DNA of 64,000 bases from Botryllus schlosseri (GCA_051294905.1 CM119371.1:8620001-8684000), one strand, 5' to 3'; counted from the first letter of the stretch, positions 1 through 15,200 are shown. The notes: generated by a model not told the origin, from the letters alone. Numbers and translations: made by a program.

Positions 1-68
1 TTCAACATTATAGATCCCATGACTTAGTAACCAAACCTCTGTGGCTACATCGAAATATACATTGCAAA

Positions 69-465
69 TAGAGTTGCATTTAAAACAAATTAGTGTTTAA
101 TACACTTTGCTTCAAAAACGTTTTAAACAGTGTTTTAAACAAAGACCTTTAAAAACTATCAAAACTGTTTTGTTTTTTTAAGTTGTAAAATCATGCAATA
201 ATTGCGTAAATACTTTCCAAATAACATGTTGTATGAGATTGAGGACGACTACCACCCTATATAGACGACATGGGATGGTTGGAAACCTCAAACTAATCGG
301 TTCAACAGCTATAGTACGCATATATTTCGCCGAAAGCGCTATCATTACCCTATATTTTCACTTGTTAATGTTAATCCACTATGATGTCACAAAAACATGT
401 ATTAAACAATGGCCTTGTTTTAAACATATTGTTTTAAATTGATTTTTGTTTCGAATGCAACCCTA
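69..465. mobile_element. hAT-like MITE
   Basis: TIRs TAGAGTTGCATTTAAAACAAA / TAGGGTTGCATTCGAAACAAA; degenerate 8-bp TSD attgcaaa/actgcaac. Confidence 0.65.
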
Positions 466-1596
466 ACTGCAACAATAAATCATCATAGAAGATAATAACA
501 TCTGTTCCGATATCGCGCTCTTTCATTTTCGGTTGCGAATGAATCCGTACAAATGAATAAAATATTACATGATGACAGCTTCAACTCTACTATCGTGAAA
601 CACCGTTGGAGTACAAATCCACCAAATCAGTAAAATACACCGTAAAACATTCATTAGCGAAATAAACGAGCATCGGATCGATGATTCCTGGTATGATCAT
701 GGTGTTTGTCAAACTCCGCGCCACTTTTGTGGTTACATATGCTGAAAGGTACAATATAAATATGATCATCAAGTTGATCACGTGTCAACAACATCAATCA
801 TGGATAAAATAGTCAGGTCAAATTCTAAAACGTATAACGCAGTCATTCTGTTCGGACAAGGATAATTTTGCTGATGACGAATTCTTCACTCTTGTGATTT
901 CCATCTTCTACCATGAACGCATCCTGAACAGATGGATATCTGCATTAATCAAGCATGCGTGTAAGCTATGTAGACAACGAGATGGAGATGTACAGTGCGC
1001 GAGTACCGCACTAAACCATACCAACTGAAATACAGATTATGTTTGCGGATCAGCACTGTAATCGTATGAATTATACGGTTACAATGTACTGGTATACAAT
1101 GGCGTACAAGCATATATGCTGCCGCCTTGGCTCTTGTTCTTAATGCCGCCTTGAGTAGACTGCAGCAAGTTTTGAAATAGTTTCATGTTCAAGCAATCTT
1201 TTCAATAAAAACAATTACAAATAATGTGCCGGCGTGCCGCATCTAAAAAGTTCTATATTGCTTGAGAAGGAGTCCTCACTGTCTCTGCGTCAAGGCTAAA
1301 ATAAAAGACGAAAATGAGGACCAGATGTATTAGGCAAATTAAAGATCAATGGCCGCTTATAAATTGAATTTTCGAAATTTCGCCGAGGGCAAAACTAGCG
1401 ATAATATCTTAAAATCAAGTTTTTAAACGTAGTTTCTTTCTAGAGAAAGAATTGATCGAGCTGATAGGCGATCATCATTCATGAGTAGAACGTAAACACG
1501 GCTTTATCATTGTGAGCTTTGCGAACCTCCCCCCACAGCCCGCAATTGAAACACCAATGGTAAGATAAAGTTTCAGATACAAGCATTCATAATGTT

Positions 1597-1727
1597 TCGA
1601 ATCAAGTAGGTCTGATTTAGGTAACCATTATAAAACATCAAACGCTGTTGAAGACAGAAGCACAGATACGGTGTCGAATCAAGTAGGGTTGATTTAGCTA
1701 ACCAATATAAAACATCAAACGCTGTTG
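1597..1727 (+). repeat. Short imperfect direct repeat (two ~54-bp copies)
   Basis: tcgaatcaagtagg...aaacatcaaacgctgttg at 1597-1650 and 1674-1727. Confidence 0.8.
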
Positions 1728-2816
1728 CATTACGATCAAACGTGGTTTGACTGCTTCGCACCAGCTTCTTAAATCTGTCAATCCTTTTGTCACGTGCAAC
1801 ATATTGTCGACAACAACCACCGATTAAAGTCTGGATCGTAACCAATTAGCTCGTGATGAGTCATCTCTCCGTACTATGCAGACTCGTTTTGCCGCCCCTT
1901 GCAGCCTGCCACGTCGGACGCACACTGCATAGCCGCCACCGCACGCCGCCAACTGGATCCTACGCCACTGCTGTTGTATGTGAGAATTCCAATATGAAAT
2001 GGGAATATAGATGTCATATAATATTCTGGCTCGAATCCGCAGTTTTCAATATCAGATTGAAACAGGAACCCAATCGCTGCATGGTCATACCTGTCAAGCA
2101 TACGGCCAGCGCCGCCTCGCTTTGTGTTGAAATGGTAGTATGTTATGTAGGTTATGTAAATGTAAATTATAAGGAAGCATTCAGACGAGGTGACTACTCT
2201 GTGTCCTGGGAAGAGGCTATGTCCGACTGTATGTCTTCCGTATGGTTAGGAACATGCAGTGACCAAATGCTGTTATGCCAACATTTTGCCGTGCTGCTAT
2301 GGCCCATTACCCGGCATTTTACAAAGTCATTTGCTCGCTACAGCCTATGCAACGCGCATTTTCAAAGTACGTACGTTACGGCAACAGCCGCCCTTAATCT
2401 TTCCCTATTGTCTTAAAGTCCGTTTCGTGGTCTCAAATTGCATTTACCCAGCTGAGTTTATTTTGGATCAGAATCTGTACCCACAACACAAACCAAGTTT
2501 AGTATGCCTCTTTTGTTAAATGTTACTCTGTCTACCATTCCACATGATACCGCTATTATAGTTCAGCTGAATGAAATAGAAAGCTGGTCTTGCACCGGTG
2601 CCGTGTCTGATAGCGGCTCACGAATCTATAATATGATGATCGGGTTGGAAAAGTAAATGATCATGCCAACGAAAGACCATGAAGGAGGCATGAACAACGG
2701 TAATATATAATTCCGAATTTGCATCTACTCGCGCCACTATTATTCGATGATGCGTTGTTACAGGCAATCCGAGTATCAAATTTACGGGATTGGTCTAACT
2801 TCTGGTCGAGTTAATA

Positions 2817-4057
2817 CAGGGGTGGGCAACATACGGCCCGCGGGCCGGATCCGGCCCGCGAAGGGATTTTGTCCGGCCCGCGGACAGTTTTTCGTCTTAC
2901 ATGATAATGTGGCCCGCCGGCCCCAGTCTTCCGAGATTCCCCACTGCTTGCTCACATACATTTTAGTGATTGTATGTTTTTATACACATGTATGCACAGC
3001 GAGCGAGGGTGGAGCTTACGCGTAAGTTCGTCGAAGCGAGAAGACTTGCATTATCGGCATTTACGATGTACTGAACCCTAATGTCATTTGTGGTAATGGT
3101 GTTTGTCGACGACAATGGTCATTTACACCAGGCCGATATTTCTTTGATTCCGTAACCGTCGACTTGTAGCACGGCGCACACTTATAGACTTTTGTAAGAC
3201 ACCGATTATGCCAGGTGTCGCCAACTGAAAACGGGTCGCGGGCCAATTTCAAATTTCGAGGCCGCGGCCCGCATGAATTCAATATCGAGATAGACAGGCC
3301 GCACAGTTTAACAACCACGCTATCTCGTCACCTACTTAATCCTAATGCATTGATATCTTGGCGCTTTGCAATCAGAGCCCCACAGTACAGTTGCGAACAG
3401 ATGCGCCACATATAGAAATACCAACTCGGAATCGTGTTCTCCTCACTATACCGACAATCCTGACGGGAGGTCAAGACATGCAAAGAGCAGCATGCAACAA
3501 AGTGACTAATAATAATTGGCCTGCCCTGACCGACCCTCCACCAACTCTACCGGTGAATCTGATCACATGGGATGAGAAATGATATGTAGAACTACTAATT
3601 TTCATGACGAAATTCATGAATGAATCTGAAAAAATTTTCGCGCTCGGCGCGACTATGAACAGCCTACATTATTTAATAGATTAGTACGGAGTGCGCCGGA
3701 AATGGACATAGACACTATAACATGAGTATTTGGCGTTCTGCTATTTCATTACGACTATTCCCTAGAATGCGGCCGTAGGCTACATGAGTAGTCGAAATGC
3801 GGCCGTGACTCGCAAAAAGATTGGCCACTCCTGCTGTATGAGAGTGCTGTTCTCAAATCCACATTGTCCTCGTCATTATTGGCGAGAAATGGCTTTGAAG
3901 TTGCATTGCTGTCGTTGAAATACATTCATTAAATACGATTTCTTCCTTGTATACGTGGATAAATGGGCGAATAATGTAGCGATTCAGCAATCCGGCCCGC
4001 CACGTACTAAATTTTCCTATATCCGGCCCGCCGACTTGGAGAAGTTGCCCGCCCCTG
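2817..4057. mobile_element. Non-autonomous hAT (Charlie-type) with nested SINE piece and a second hAT fragment (~3212-3833)
   Basis: TIR CAGGGGTGGGCAAC / GTTGCCCGCCCCTG; perfect TSD agttaata at 2809-16 and 4058-65. Confidence 0.9.
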
Positions 4058-4326
4058 AGTTAATACAATGACTATTTCTATAGTTTCTAAAAAATTGTGA
4101 CTAAATATTATGAACAGAAACTACATTTCCCACGCCAAGAGCAAAACAATGCGGTCAGATTATTTTTCGACTGACTCCGTGTCGACGAATCAATATTGCG
4201 AATATCGCGTCAAATCCCATTTCTCGTAAGCAAATATATCTTCCAAGAAAATAAGATGTACGGCAGATGAATGCCATCAGTAACCATGCATAGAAGTTAC
4301 GCATTACTGCTGAAGATCAACTTAGG

Positions 4327-7300
4327 CATAGGCGCCGACTTTTATTTTTGCATGGGGTGGCGGCAGGCGCGTAGCCAGGGGGGCGTCGAAACTCTCTCTT
4401 TTTGAAACGCAAAACCCCGTCCTTTTGAAATGACCATTCCGACGCTAATATTCAGTTGCAATTCAACAAGTCGTATTATCAGTGTTACGTGAAGCCGCGA
4501 CCAATTAGAGAGATCCGTTCGTGCACGCATATCGCTTCGCACAATGTGACGTGACGCGATCTCCCGCTGAGATGATTACGAAATTAGGTCATTGATTGCC
4601 GCGCACTTGGCATTCGTCGCTGGGCAGTAACACGGCGCGGCAATTCTGGAACACGAAATACAGAAAAGCCAACCAGCAGTTATCCCTTACCGCCAACACA
4701 ATGGAATGAATGGATTCTTACTTAATATAGAGTAGCTCGCATCGCGACCATTGGTTGCTGATTAAAACATCGATTTTGATGCATTGCCGCATTTCCCGGT
4801 TTACGTTCGCAAAGCATAATCGGAATAATAATATGGGCACTGGAATAAATTCCAACTAGCAGGCACACACAATAAAACACTGTTCAACTTTGCGCTCCGA
4901 GAATATTGATCACAAAAATGGTTCACAAAATATTTTAAACGCGGCTTGCGGCCCTCATCGATGCAAATGATGCACTTTAATTTGTAGAGGGTGAACGTAT
5001 ATTCGGTCGTCAAATCGCGATAGGAGATGGTGTGTCTCAGAGCGCTCGATGAAATCTACATTTCGAACGTGTGGTCGAACTTGTACATCTAATAAGGATC
5101 GTTAGTTTGCTGAAATCAGCATCAGTACGCTGTTCGAAATACATAGTAGTGATCAATTTTATCGGACTGCACAATCGGCCGGCAAGGTTGCGCTGATAGC
5201 GAAATTGCGGACATGCCGCAAACCTGAAATAATTACAATTACAGGGTGTCTTACCTAAATACCCAGATTCGGGAATGGCAACGAGCACAATTTGTTCAGA
5301 CGCGAGCATAAGTTTTTATCGAAAAGATACATAAACACAAACAATATTGCACTCAGAGATTGTTACTGTTTGGCGAAAGTGTTTCTGCGGACGGTAGCAG
5401 GCCTGCATGCGGACGCGCTAGATCAAACCACCGCCGATAGTGCACATGAGATATCGATGATCCATTTCGCATACAATTGGTTCTCGCTAATTTGCAGTAC
5501 GTAGCATCGATAATACGTATTAGTGCATTGGCATTTCAAAAGGACGATATTTCTAGTTATAAATGAGAAACTCTCTGGCAACGCTTCTGGGGTTTTAATG
5601 CCGACAACGCGCTGGTTAATATCAACCCGGGGCCTACGGCCTACGTAGGCCCCGATCAGTCAGTCGAATTTGATCGTAAAATGGTGCGCTTTTAATTGTC
5701 CACATGTTATTGCAGTAACAGCAATATGGGCGCATGCCGCGACGTTATCAATATAAATACATGTCCCAAAGGTTTGAACGTCGATCCGCGATATGGTTGG
5801 CTCGATAGAGCCGTCCAGCAATGAACTTTACCGTTCAAACTAATCGAATAAATTCAGAATTTGCGCCACCGAGAATCTCGAGTTGCATCAATATTTGGCA
5901 ACGTAATTCAACACCGTGCACTGCACAATGCGCAGTATAAATAACAAATCAAATACTGACAAGCGACACCGAGGAAATACGAGTGTACAAAGCAGACGAG
6001 AATTAGTAGCCCACAGATGATAGCAAACGAGAAATTGCGCATCTAATCAGTAATTCCTCAACTTATGCGTACAGCACAATGGGGTTCCAAGTCTGACAGC
6101 GCGACAATTATTTGCTCTTTATAACGACGTTTGAGCTGAAAAAAGCTGAACAAAAGTTGCAAAAAGTTGCATCATAAGATTCCTTCAAACAGCTTAAAAC
6201 AGCATTTTAAATAACTTTCGAGTATTTAGGAAGCTGCTAAAAGAAGTTGCAAAAGTTGCAAAAACTTGCCCTACTAATTACGGATTACAATTTATTGGGG
6301 CGTTTTAAGCACTAGTTTGTCGTCGCCGACGAAGCTGCGTATTCAATTATTAGCGCGCGTATCGGTTAATGGTAAATAGTTGGCACTTTGCGCTATCACG
6401 GACTCACTAATTGACAGCGCTGATGATTTGAAATCGCAGACGGCGGGCATTTAATCTTATTGTATGGGTGGCCGCCACCTCAATAATGTGGCATGGGGTG
6501 GCTGCGCCACCAGAGATGGAAGTCGGGCCGGGCTTTTCGGTTTCGGGTCGGGTTCGGGCCGGGCTCGGGCCGGGTTCGGGCCCAAAGTTATAAAAATTAT
6601 CGGGATTGAATCGGGCCGAATAGTCACTACGAAAAGCATTGACTTCATATACAAATTTGATTTGCAATTTTGTTCGAAAGTGGCACAACTACATATAAGA
6701 TACACCAATACCTTATCACGTATAAGTATGGCAATATCTGTGAATAAATTGTATACGAAGGACGAACCCAGATAAACTTCATTATAAGACGGCCCGAAGA
6801 CTATGATTGAATAATGAAACAATGTCAGCTAAATAGTAAACAAGTGTCCCAAATACGCCAGACATTGATCATTGTTCAGGCAATCAGCCCACATTGTGAC
6901 GAAAACATGACTTACGGATGGATGGATTACCATGCTGGAGCCTGGATTACTACCAATTTAGTTTTAATTTCGATGAGGCATGCTGAACTGAACAGCTAGA
7001 AGCAGGTGATGAGACGACGGCTTCCGTTGTGGCACAGCAGAATTGATCGATAGATGTGTTACGGCGGTGTTAATATTTATTAAAGAAAGCTTTTAGATGC
7101 GCCATAGTGATTTTGTCGTCCATGGTGAATTACTTTAGGTCTATACGGAAACTAACTTATATTGTATTAGGCTATGTGACAGCGGTAGTATTGTTATATA
7201 GCAGTGTTGGGATCAAGTCACTACCTTCGAGTCACGAGTCATTTCGAGTCATTGCGCATTTTGACTCGAGTCAAGTCAAGTCAATCGATTTTCAAAGCTG

Positions 7301-8192
7301 ACTCGAGTCAAGTCAAGTCATTCGATTTTCGGAGGTGACTCGAGTCAAGTCGAGTCAAGTCAAGTCAAGTCACAAGTCAAGCCACAATTCAAGTCAAGTT
7401 GCCATTTCGAAGTATGAGGCATGATTGCATCATTGCATTTTGCTAGCTGTCTGAAATACATATTGAGTGGTCCCTGATTCTGAACCGCTAAACGAATATA
7501 GAGTTGCATATACACGCAAGAAGGCGCTGTATCGCTCACATATACGTAGAACTGGTAAACTACGTTGATAGTCACCAGCCAAAATAGAGAATTGATTGAG
7601 AACGAATTGATAAGATGCAATACATTACCCATTTACAAATTGAGAGACGAACCCGACTGTATCCAGTAACTGTTGAGGCTATTGAAATAATCAATTCTTC
7701 GTATAACGTGTGAATGCAACGCCCTTTGTATGGATGAAAGTTGGCTTGTATTTTGAACACACTATTTTTTCTCATCTTGGCCAATTTCATTCCTTTATTT
7801 CTTTAATTTAGTTTAATATTGAACCATTTAATACAGTTCACATTTAGCAAAAAGGATGGTGGAACTAAGTCAACAGTGGGGCTGTTTTCAGCGTATTCTC
7901 ATTCAGATATATTAAGTTCTCTTGCCATATGCAAGATTGCTATCGAAAGAAAACAAAGTGATAGCATTGAAAGCGTTGAAAAGCTCGAAATTTGAATCGT
8001 ATATCAGCTTATTTGCTCGCAACAGTTGAAAATTGCTATTTGAACTTGGTTTCGGGCCGAAACGGGCTCAAAACTCGACCGTCGGGTTCGGGCCGGGTTC
8101 GGGCTGAACTTGTCGGGTTCGGGCCGGGTTCGGGTCCGGCTCACCCGGCCCGCTTCCATCTCTGTGCGCCACCCCGTCACTCGGCGCCTATG
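4327..8192. mobile_element. Non-autonomous hAT (Tip100-like ends) containing nested elements
   Basis: TIR CATAGGCGCCGA / TCGGCGCCTATG; perfect TSD aacttagg at 4319-26 and 8193-200. Confidence 0.88.
6511..8164. mobile_element. hAT MITE with GGGCCGGGTTCGG subterminal repeats, itself containing a GACTCGAGTCAAGTC-type MITE fragment (~7202-7700)
   Basis: TIR CAGAGATGGAAG / CTTCCATCTCTG; perfect TSD tgcgccac. Confidence 0.9.
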
Positions 8193-8380
8193 AACTTAGG
8201 CATAGACGGTCAGTCGCGAAGTACTTCCAAATACAATATTACGTCTTATCCATACAATTTTCAGTCCCAAACTAGGAGTAAAGTTACAACTATGTTTCAA
8301 CTCGATCAAAAATAATGCATGACAGCGCTATTATACTGTTGCGCAATAGACCAAGTTTTTACAACGAGGCTTCGTTTGAT

Positions 8381-8966
8381 CATAGTGTCCTATATGGTGT
8401 CGACACAGGCAAATCTCAAGTCTCAGTGAAATTGTATCACGTCACAATTTCCATTTGGCTACAGGCAATTTGACGGTCATTTTTGACCGGCTTTCCGAGC
8501 ATTAAATTTGGCAAAACGTGTATCAATCGAAAGCTGACTCTGCACTGATTACGAAAATCTAAATTTTATTCCGCTCGTGGCCCTGGAACTCCCACAATCA
8601 GCCTCGAATTTTTCATTGTTATGGAGATTGGCATTGGGACGCAACAATGCTGTCTGGCTTTTTTTCTCTTGCGCTACTATCTCGTTTCGCCAGACAGCAT
8701 TGTTGCGTCCCAATGCCGATCTCCATAACAATGAAAAATTTGAGGCTGATTGTGGGAGTTCCAGGGCCACGAGCTGAATAAAATATATATTTTCGTAATC
8801 AGTGCATAGTCAGCTTTCGATTGATACCCGTTTTACCAAATTTAATGCTCGGCAAGCCGGTCAAAAATGACCGTCAAATTGCCTGTAGCCAAATGGAAAT
8901 TGTGACGTGATACAATTACACTGAGGCGTGAGATTTGCCTGTGTCGACACCATATAGGACACTATG
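8381..8966. mobile_element. Foldback (near-perfect hairpin) MITE, P-element-like ends
   Basis: 278-bp inverted arms 8381-8658 and 8689-8966, 30-nt loop, CATAG...CTATG termini, 7-bp TSD gtttgat. Confidence 0.9.
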
Positions 8967-9181
8967 GTTTGATACAACGTATGGCTTCGTTATTACGTCA
9001 CTATCCGACAATACATTAAATATTATTTCATACTAATTTAATTTATACAAATGTCGCAACGAAATAAATCAATGCCGTTGTTTGAAATCGAATGTGTATG
9101 AGAATGGATCAACCATGGAATGGAGAAAAAAAATCTCATCTCTCATTTTTAGAACGGTCAAACTTTGCAACATCTACTCAC

Positions 9182-9233
9182 CTGTAATGAAAGTCGAGGT
9201 CGAGTATCTTCCAGGCATCTGTTTCTCTAAACA
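9182..9233 (-). CDS. NLR small exon (VFRETDAWKILDLDFHY)
   Basis: Acceptor atttcag|, donor AG|gtgag, phase 1-2 compatible with the previous exon. Confidence 0.6.
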
Positions 9234-12200
9234 CTGAAATGAGAAATAATTTTAAGAGTATAAATCCTTTTTAGTAAAAGATATATGCATCCCGTGAATT
9301 GTGTTATTTTGCTGAACATATTGCATGATATCTGAAACATGAGATCGGGTTCAGAGCGTATTGAAAGAAGCAAAAACATGAAGGACTTGTGTCTTACGAT
9401 GCACAGTGGTTTAGTTACAGTACGTAGGCGTACGGTGTCTGCTCTTATCTAATATCTTGAAATACACCGATGGGTGTAGGATTCGAGTCCGATCGAGATC
9501 GAGTCCATGATTTCTACCTAAGTGTTGAAGGTTTATCTAGGCTCCTCCTCGCCATCCCGTCCGTGTAAGCAGTGTCATATAAAAATCTATAAGTGGGCCG
9601 TACTACAAGTCGGCAGCTACGGAAAGAATGCTTAAAATTGGCCTGGTGTAAATGACCATAGTAGTTGGCAAACATCATGAATACTACAAACAACAACATA
9701 AGTTATCTAAACTAGAATTTATCTAAACAATGACTAACCTTTTAAAACTTCCAACTCAGTATCGCGAACATTTGCAATCTTCTGGACCGTCTGCAATTCG
9801 TCTGCATTCAACATATCATCCTCACTGGTGTGTATCAATGATATTTTCTTCAAATTAGAGTTCTTGACGAGAGACGCAATCTCAACGAATGAAGCACGAC
9901 ACCTACCACGGTGTATGCATCTTATATATTCGATCTGCGGTGGGAGAATGTTACTTATAATATTGAGTATTGTAATGAAGCTTACCGCTATTGTTGGCCT
10001 TTTCACCAGGGGTTATGATTTGTTACAAGGTACTTTTGATGAACTTATCACTAAGAATCACAAACTCCGTAACTACGGTAGCTTTCTCGGGCAAGGACAA
10101 TAAGTTAATGCATTCGAAAGGGTACTGCACGGCATAATTCAATGATAAAGGTGCGATGGTGGGTAGAGCACGTTCAAAATATTCAAATAATATCGGATGA
10201 TTAGTACTATACCTTCTTTTGCTGACAAGCTTCTACTATTTTTTTGAATCCACCCTCCTGCTGAACAAAAAACATGGCACGGATATTGCCAAAAACGGAA
10301 ATTGCTTTCCCACGCTTCAAAATTCTCTTGTAATCATCGGTGGAAATCTGGCCATTCACTGCAATATCCAGGAGTCCGACCTTAAATGAGAATGAGAGAT
10401 TTTAATCGGATATTTTACTGAGTCAATTGTTCCCTGACCTTAACATAGCCGTCAAAGCAATTATCGGGTTGGATGCCCAATGAAATGATATGAATAATAA
10501 ACGCATTTAAACATTTCGAAAATCGAAAGAAGAATCGTACCTGATACTTCTCCAGATTAGTTTCAATCAACGACCAATCGACATTCTCTTCTTGTGTGCA
10601 ATCAAGCAATATCTTGCTCATCTGAACAGGATGTAATTTTTTTGGTAACATGATATGATCGCAACGTGATCATGTATTGATATCAATATTCATATATTTA
10701 CGGTGCAGCGGTGAATCGTTAGAAATATTTGATTATTCTGAATGCATATACTACATTGGGATTAGTCGCTTTACTGAGTATGTTTTCTTGTAAACAAAGA
10801 CCTATGAATATGCTATGTTTTGTACCAACGTATCATATAGGCAGATCTGGTCAAAGTAGTCATCGCCGGTACTCAAGTAGTTAGAACAGGGGCGGGCAAC
10901 TTCTCCGGTTGGCGGGCTGGATCTGGGAAAATGAAGCACTGGGCAGACCAAATCACAGAATATATACAATAATCGTGCATTTATCCACCTGTAGAAGAAA
11001 TAAATCGTGTTTAATGTAAAATTAAGTTTGAAATATAGAGACCCAAAACAGTATTTAATGAATTTAGTAACAGTAGCTGTTGAAGTCAATCAGGCATCTG
11101 TGGTCGGTCACAGTTGTCAACTAGTTCTTTGGACTACAAACCAGAACAGAGCAAGTAGTTTCATGTCCATCTTTCTCTGGTTCGCAAACTTGGATTCATT
11201 CTGTGACGCAAAAATTTTCAATACTTTCAGCATAGAATCTAACTTTCAGGGTGAAAACTCTTTGCGGGCCAGTCAAAATCTATCCGTGGGCCGTACGTTG
11301 CCCGTCCCTGAGTTCGAAACAACGCCGTCGATTTCTACCCAAAAAGTAGAAGTAACTACATGCAAGTAATCCAGGTATAGATTGGCCTGGAAATAATTAA
11401 AACCGTCAAATTGAAGTAGATGTCCAAAATCTTAACTACATGAGTAAGTAGTGCGAATTGGAAAAATATACTTGAACACTAAGACAAATAGAAGTACTTC
11501 GTTACTGAACATCGTTGTAATGAAAGCTGGCTATGTACCGCTGTCTTTTATGTTTACGCGAAGGCTGAATCTTGCCCAAACAGTAGAACATACTAAAAAC
11601 TACGTAAAACTGGGCACGGACAGAAGCTTACCATATTAAATTTTGACTACCTGGCAACCACCACGATTTGGAGCAAGCATCTTTGCTTTTCGACTCTGAC
11701 TACGCCAATGTTTGTCGCAAAGATGCATTTTTCAATTTTGCAAGTAGCCAATACCGATACATTGCCGAATATTTGTGTCCCTCGGCTGAAACTACCTTTC
11801 GAAACTACTTACTTGAGTACTTTTCAGATCTGTCGTTTGCTACTTGCACTCGGACTAGTTTTGCATTTCGGGGTTTTACATTTCTACTTGATTAGGAAGG
11901 TTGATTACTTTGACTACGTCTGCGTACACTCGATGCTTGACTCGCAATACTAGAGACGCAAGTTGAGCATCAGTTATTGACAATATACATTTTTGCCGAC
12001 CAGAGATGAGCGGATTTGAAATTTTAAAATCCCAATCCTGTTCAAATTCAAATCCAGAATCAATTTCGTCTTGATTGTAAACCCAAATCTAAATCCGATA
12101 ACGGTGGAAATTTGCTCAAAAGTCGCAAGGAAATTGAGAAGTATGAGGAATTTTCTATATAACTAGTAAGAGTAAAATATATCTTATACCTTTTCTAATT

Positions 12201-15200
12201 TGCACTCGGATATATTCCGCAAATCATCCTGCTTGGCCAACATTTGTTTTTGTTCTTTCAATTCGATAAATTTCGCATCAAAAAGTCTTCCAAGAAATGC
12301 AACCACTGCTACGGTATGGATCCGATAGAAATATAGATTGGAATCCTGTGACAAATAAATGCTGTCAGTTATGTCACAATCTACACTAACAAGAAACTCT
12401 CGGAGATACAATCAAGCATGAGAGATTAATGTTACTGTTCATGACTATAGTGCACACAAAGCGATGGTTATGATGCTTGTCTGTTGGAGAAGGCGATGTG
12501 AAAGAACCTCCATCCATCTGTTTTTGAACGATGTAACCTAAAATTTCGAAGGGATTTGAAAATCAAAGTACAGTGCCTACCAAAAATCTTAACATTCAAC
12601 AGTGAAACAAAACTTTATATGTACAATTAGCACAGGTTCTTAGCTTACTATTCCTTACAAAAGCATCGCGTCTTCATAACGCTCATGGCCACGTGGCTAC
12701 AGCCACAGCGTGGCTACACTACAACGCAAAGCCATTGTAATAAGTGACTGTTTTTGCTTGACTGCTTCGTGCATAGTAAAGCCAATAAAATGAGCAAATG
12801 TTTATTCAAATCATGAGTATGGACTCGTTATCAAAGTTAAATAATCTTGATGTCCAACCTTGGTGTTGAAGTGTCCCTCAACAACGCGACCACTTATCTT
12901 GATGACTTCTTCTTCGTTCTTCAATTCAACATACCATCCCCCTACTGTCAGCTCGACAACCTGAATATTGTTTATAAATTTCAGCATTGCATGGTCTACC
13001 AAATATGGTGGCGTCATAATACAGATACTGTGATGACCACAACATCACAGATCATCATGTGTTCTACGTTAGGGTTCCGGTAAATATCAATTTGCCTCTG
13101 ATTCGGATCGATTAAATCGATTCGATAATAAAAACCATGTTTTTTTTGGTTTTTATTATTTTATTTTACTTCTAACAACTGCAACAACAACAACAATGAG
13201 CCCTAGACCATTGCAAATTATGTGAATCAAGGTACGGTCGCAAATCTCATCAACTGAATAATTCGAGGCTCTGGATCTTCATCCACGTACTGGGAAATGT
13301 TCAGCCCAGCAGATAAATGTTGGTGGCTAGAATCGTCCGATATCTGTTTTAATACCAAGCCGACATGTTGCGTAAAATCAGAAGCACCCGTAACATCAGC
13401 ATCTTCAGTAGCATCTTCATCATGAGCATAGCTGTTGGTGTCTTGAGTGGTCTCTGCCAGCAAGGCGTTGATCTTTCTCATCGTCTTATCTGCTTTGCCA
13501 GTACCAGAGTCAATATCTATTGGTAACTGATTTTACTGGCGTTATTGCCAGTGGTGGCATTTTGCGGCATTAGCGACTCGAAAACTCCGAAAATGCTCGT
13601 TTATATGAGGTGACAAGGTAACACTTAGGAGGTTTATCTATGCTCATCCTCGTCATCTCATCCGTGTAAGCGGTGTCTTATAAAAGCCTATAACTTGACC
13701 GTGCTACAGGTCGACAGCTACGGAATAAAAATGAAGAAAATTTGTCTGGTCTAAATGAATTGTTTGTTGTTGAGGTCACGACCTGAGCTCAGCGCGCGTA
13801 TTTATGCCGCTACGCCACATAATCCACTATTTCACTAAATTCGATTACATAGCTCGATGTAATTGAGACAGTATGGATATTGAAACCTCATATCAGTGGC
13901 AGATTGCGTGTAAAAATTGCGTTCTCTAGCGACTATGACATACCCAATCGCGAGCGATTGTAACGTCACAAGTCTTCGCATGCCCACATAAAATGACGGG
14001 TCAGCGCCTAAATGTTAGTTACTACACAACTAAATCATAGAAGCGAACACACTTGCCAATCCAAATTTCCAGATAGCGATTCAATTCGACGATGCCGAAG
14101 AAGTGAACGTAGTGCTGTTGCAGAGAAATTGTTGGCACGAAAATCCACTTTTTTCACCTGGGACGTTGGAAATATTTCATGAAATGTGGAGAACTAAATG
14201 TGAAAGTTTGTTTGAAATCAAATCATCTGCGTCGAGATACTGAGTAACTAAAAAGTATTCTGTTTTCATTAAGGCTGAAAGATATTCAATACGGCGTACA
14301 TCATAAAGCGACAATTGATATAGGTCTTAATATCAGCAAACTCACCAGCAAATAAAATTTCCTTGGATACTTATTTACGTCGAAGTATGATGCGAATTCA
14401 TCGCCGTTATTTGGAATAATTTCAAAATCGGCACGGATTTAGATTCCAATAATATTGGTCATTTCCAGACGTAGATAACACAATGTAACAAAAAATAACT
14501 TTTTTTTGTTACCAGGTTCTAACCAATTTTTCCCTATTGCTTAAGACCAGTAAGTGTCAAAAATCAACTTTATTCCATATAAACTTTGCTTTTGTGGTTT
14601 AGAGAATGAAATTGCACTATTTTTGAGAAAAGAAATCAAAATTATGGCTAAAGAGCATCCAAGATGGATGTTAATCACTTTTAAATGTTAATATACTCTG
14701 CAATATTTGCCCTTTTATGGATATTTCTGTTTGCAGGGTCGCTTTTTGAGGTTTTGATATTTTATGATTTGCAATTGATAATTTTTTAATATTTTTTAAT
14801 ATAACTCGGAGGTAATTGGGGACTTGAAAATGGTAGCGTTTTTGATGGTTATGCAAGGAGTATCCTTGGCACCTCCGCCTTTGGGAAAATAGTGCTACCA
14901 CAGAACACTACAAAAAGCGAATATGGCCAAAACGAAACGATTTTTTTCTTGGAGAGAAAAACGTATAGCAAACTCAGTGGATTAACCCAAACAAAGTGCT
15001 TATGCCTCCCCTTCACATTAAACTTGGCCTTATAAAGCAATTTGTGAAAGCATTGGATAAAGGTGGTGACGCATTCCAGTTTCTCCAGAACTTGTTTCAT
15101 GAATTATCAGAAGCTAAAGTAGAAGTTGGTGTTTTCATTGGCCCACAAATTAAAAATATTTTCAAGTCGAATGATTTTATCCAAATGCTTAATGGTGTTG

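Noticed and set aside
845..923. Terminal NLR exon after acceptor ctgttcag (DAFMVEDGNHK... or RMRSW*)
   Set aside because: The most protein-like frame (phase 0) does not match the phase-2 donor at 9182; cannot assign without cDNA.
1853..2416. 187-aa plus-strand ORF
   Set aside because: No recognisable motif, atypical composition, no supporting exon structure.
8549..8777. Two nearly identical ORFs on opposite strands (MALELPQSAS...)
   Set aside because: Artefact of the palindromic element.
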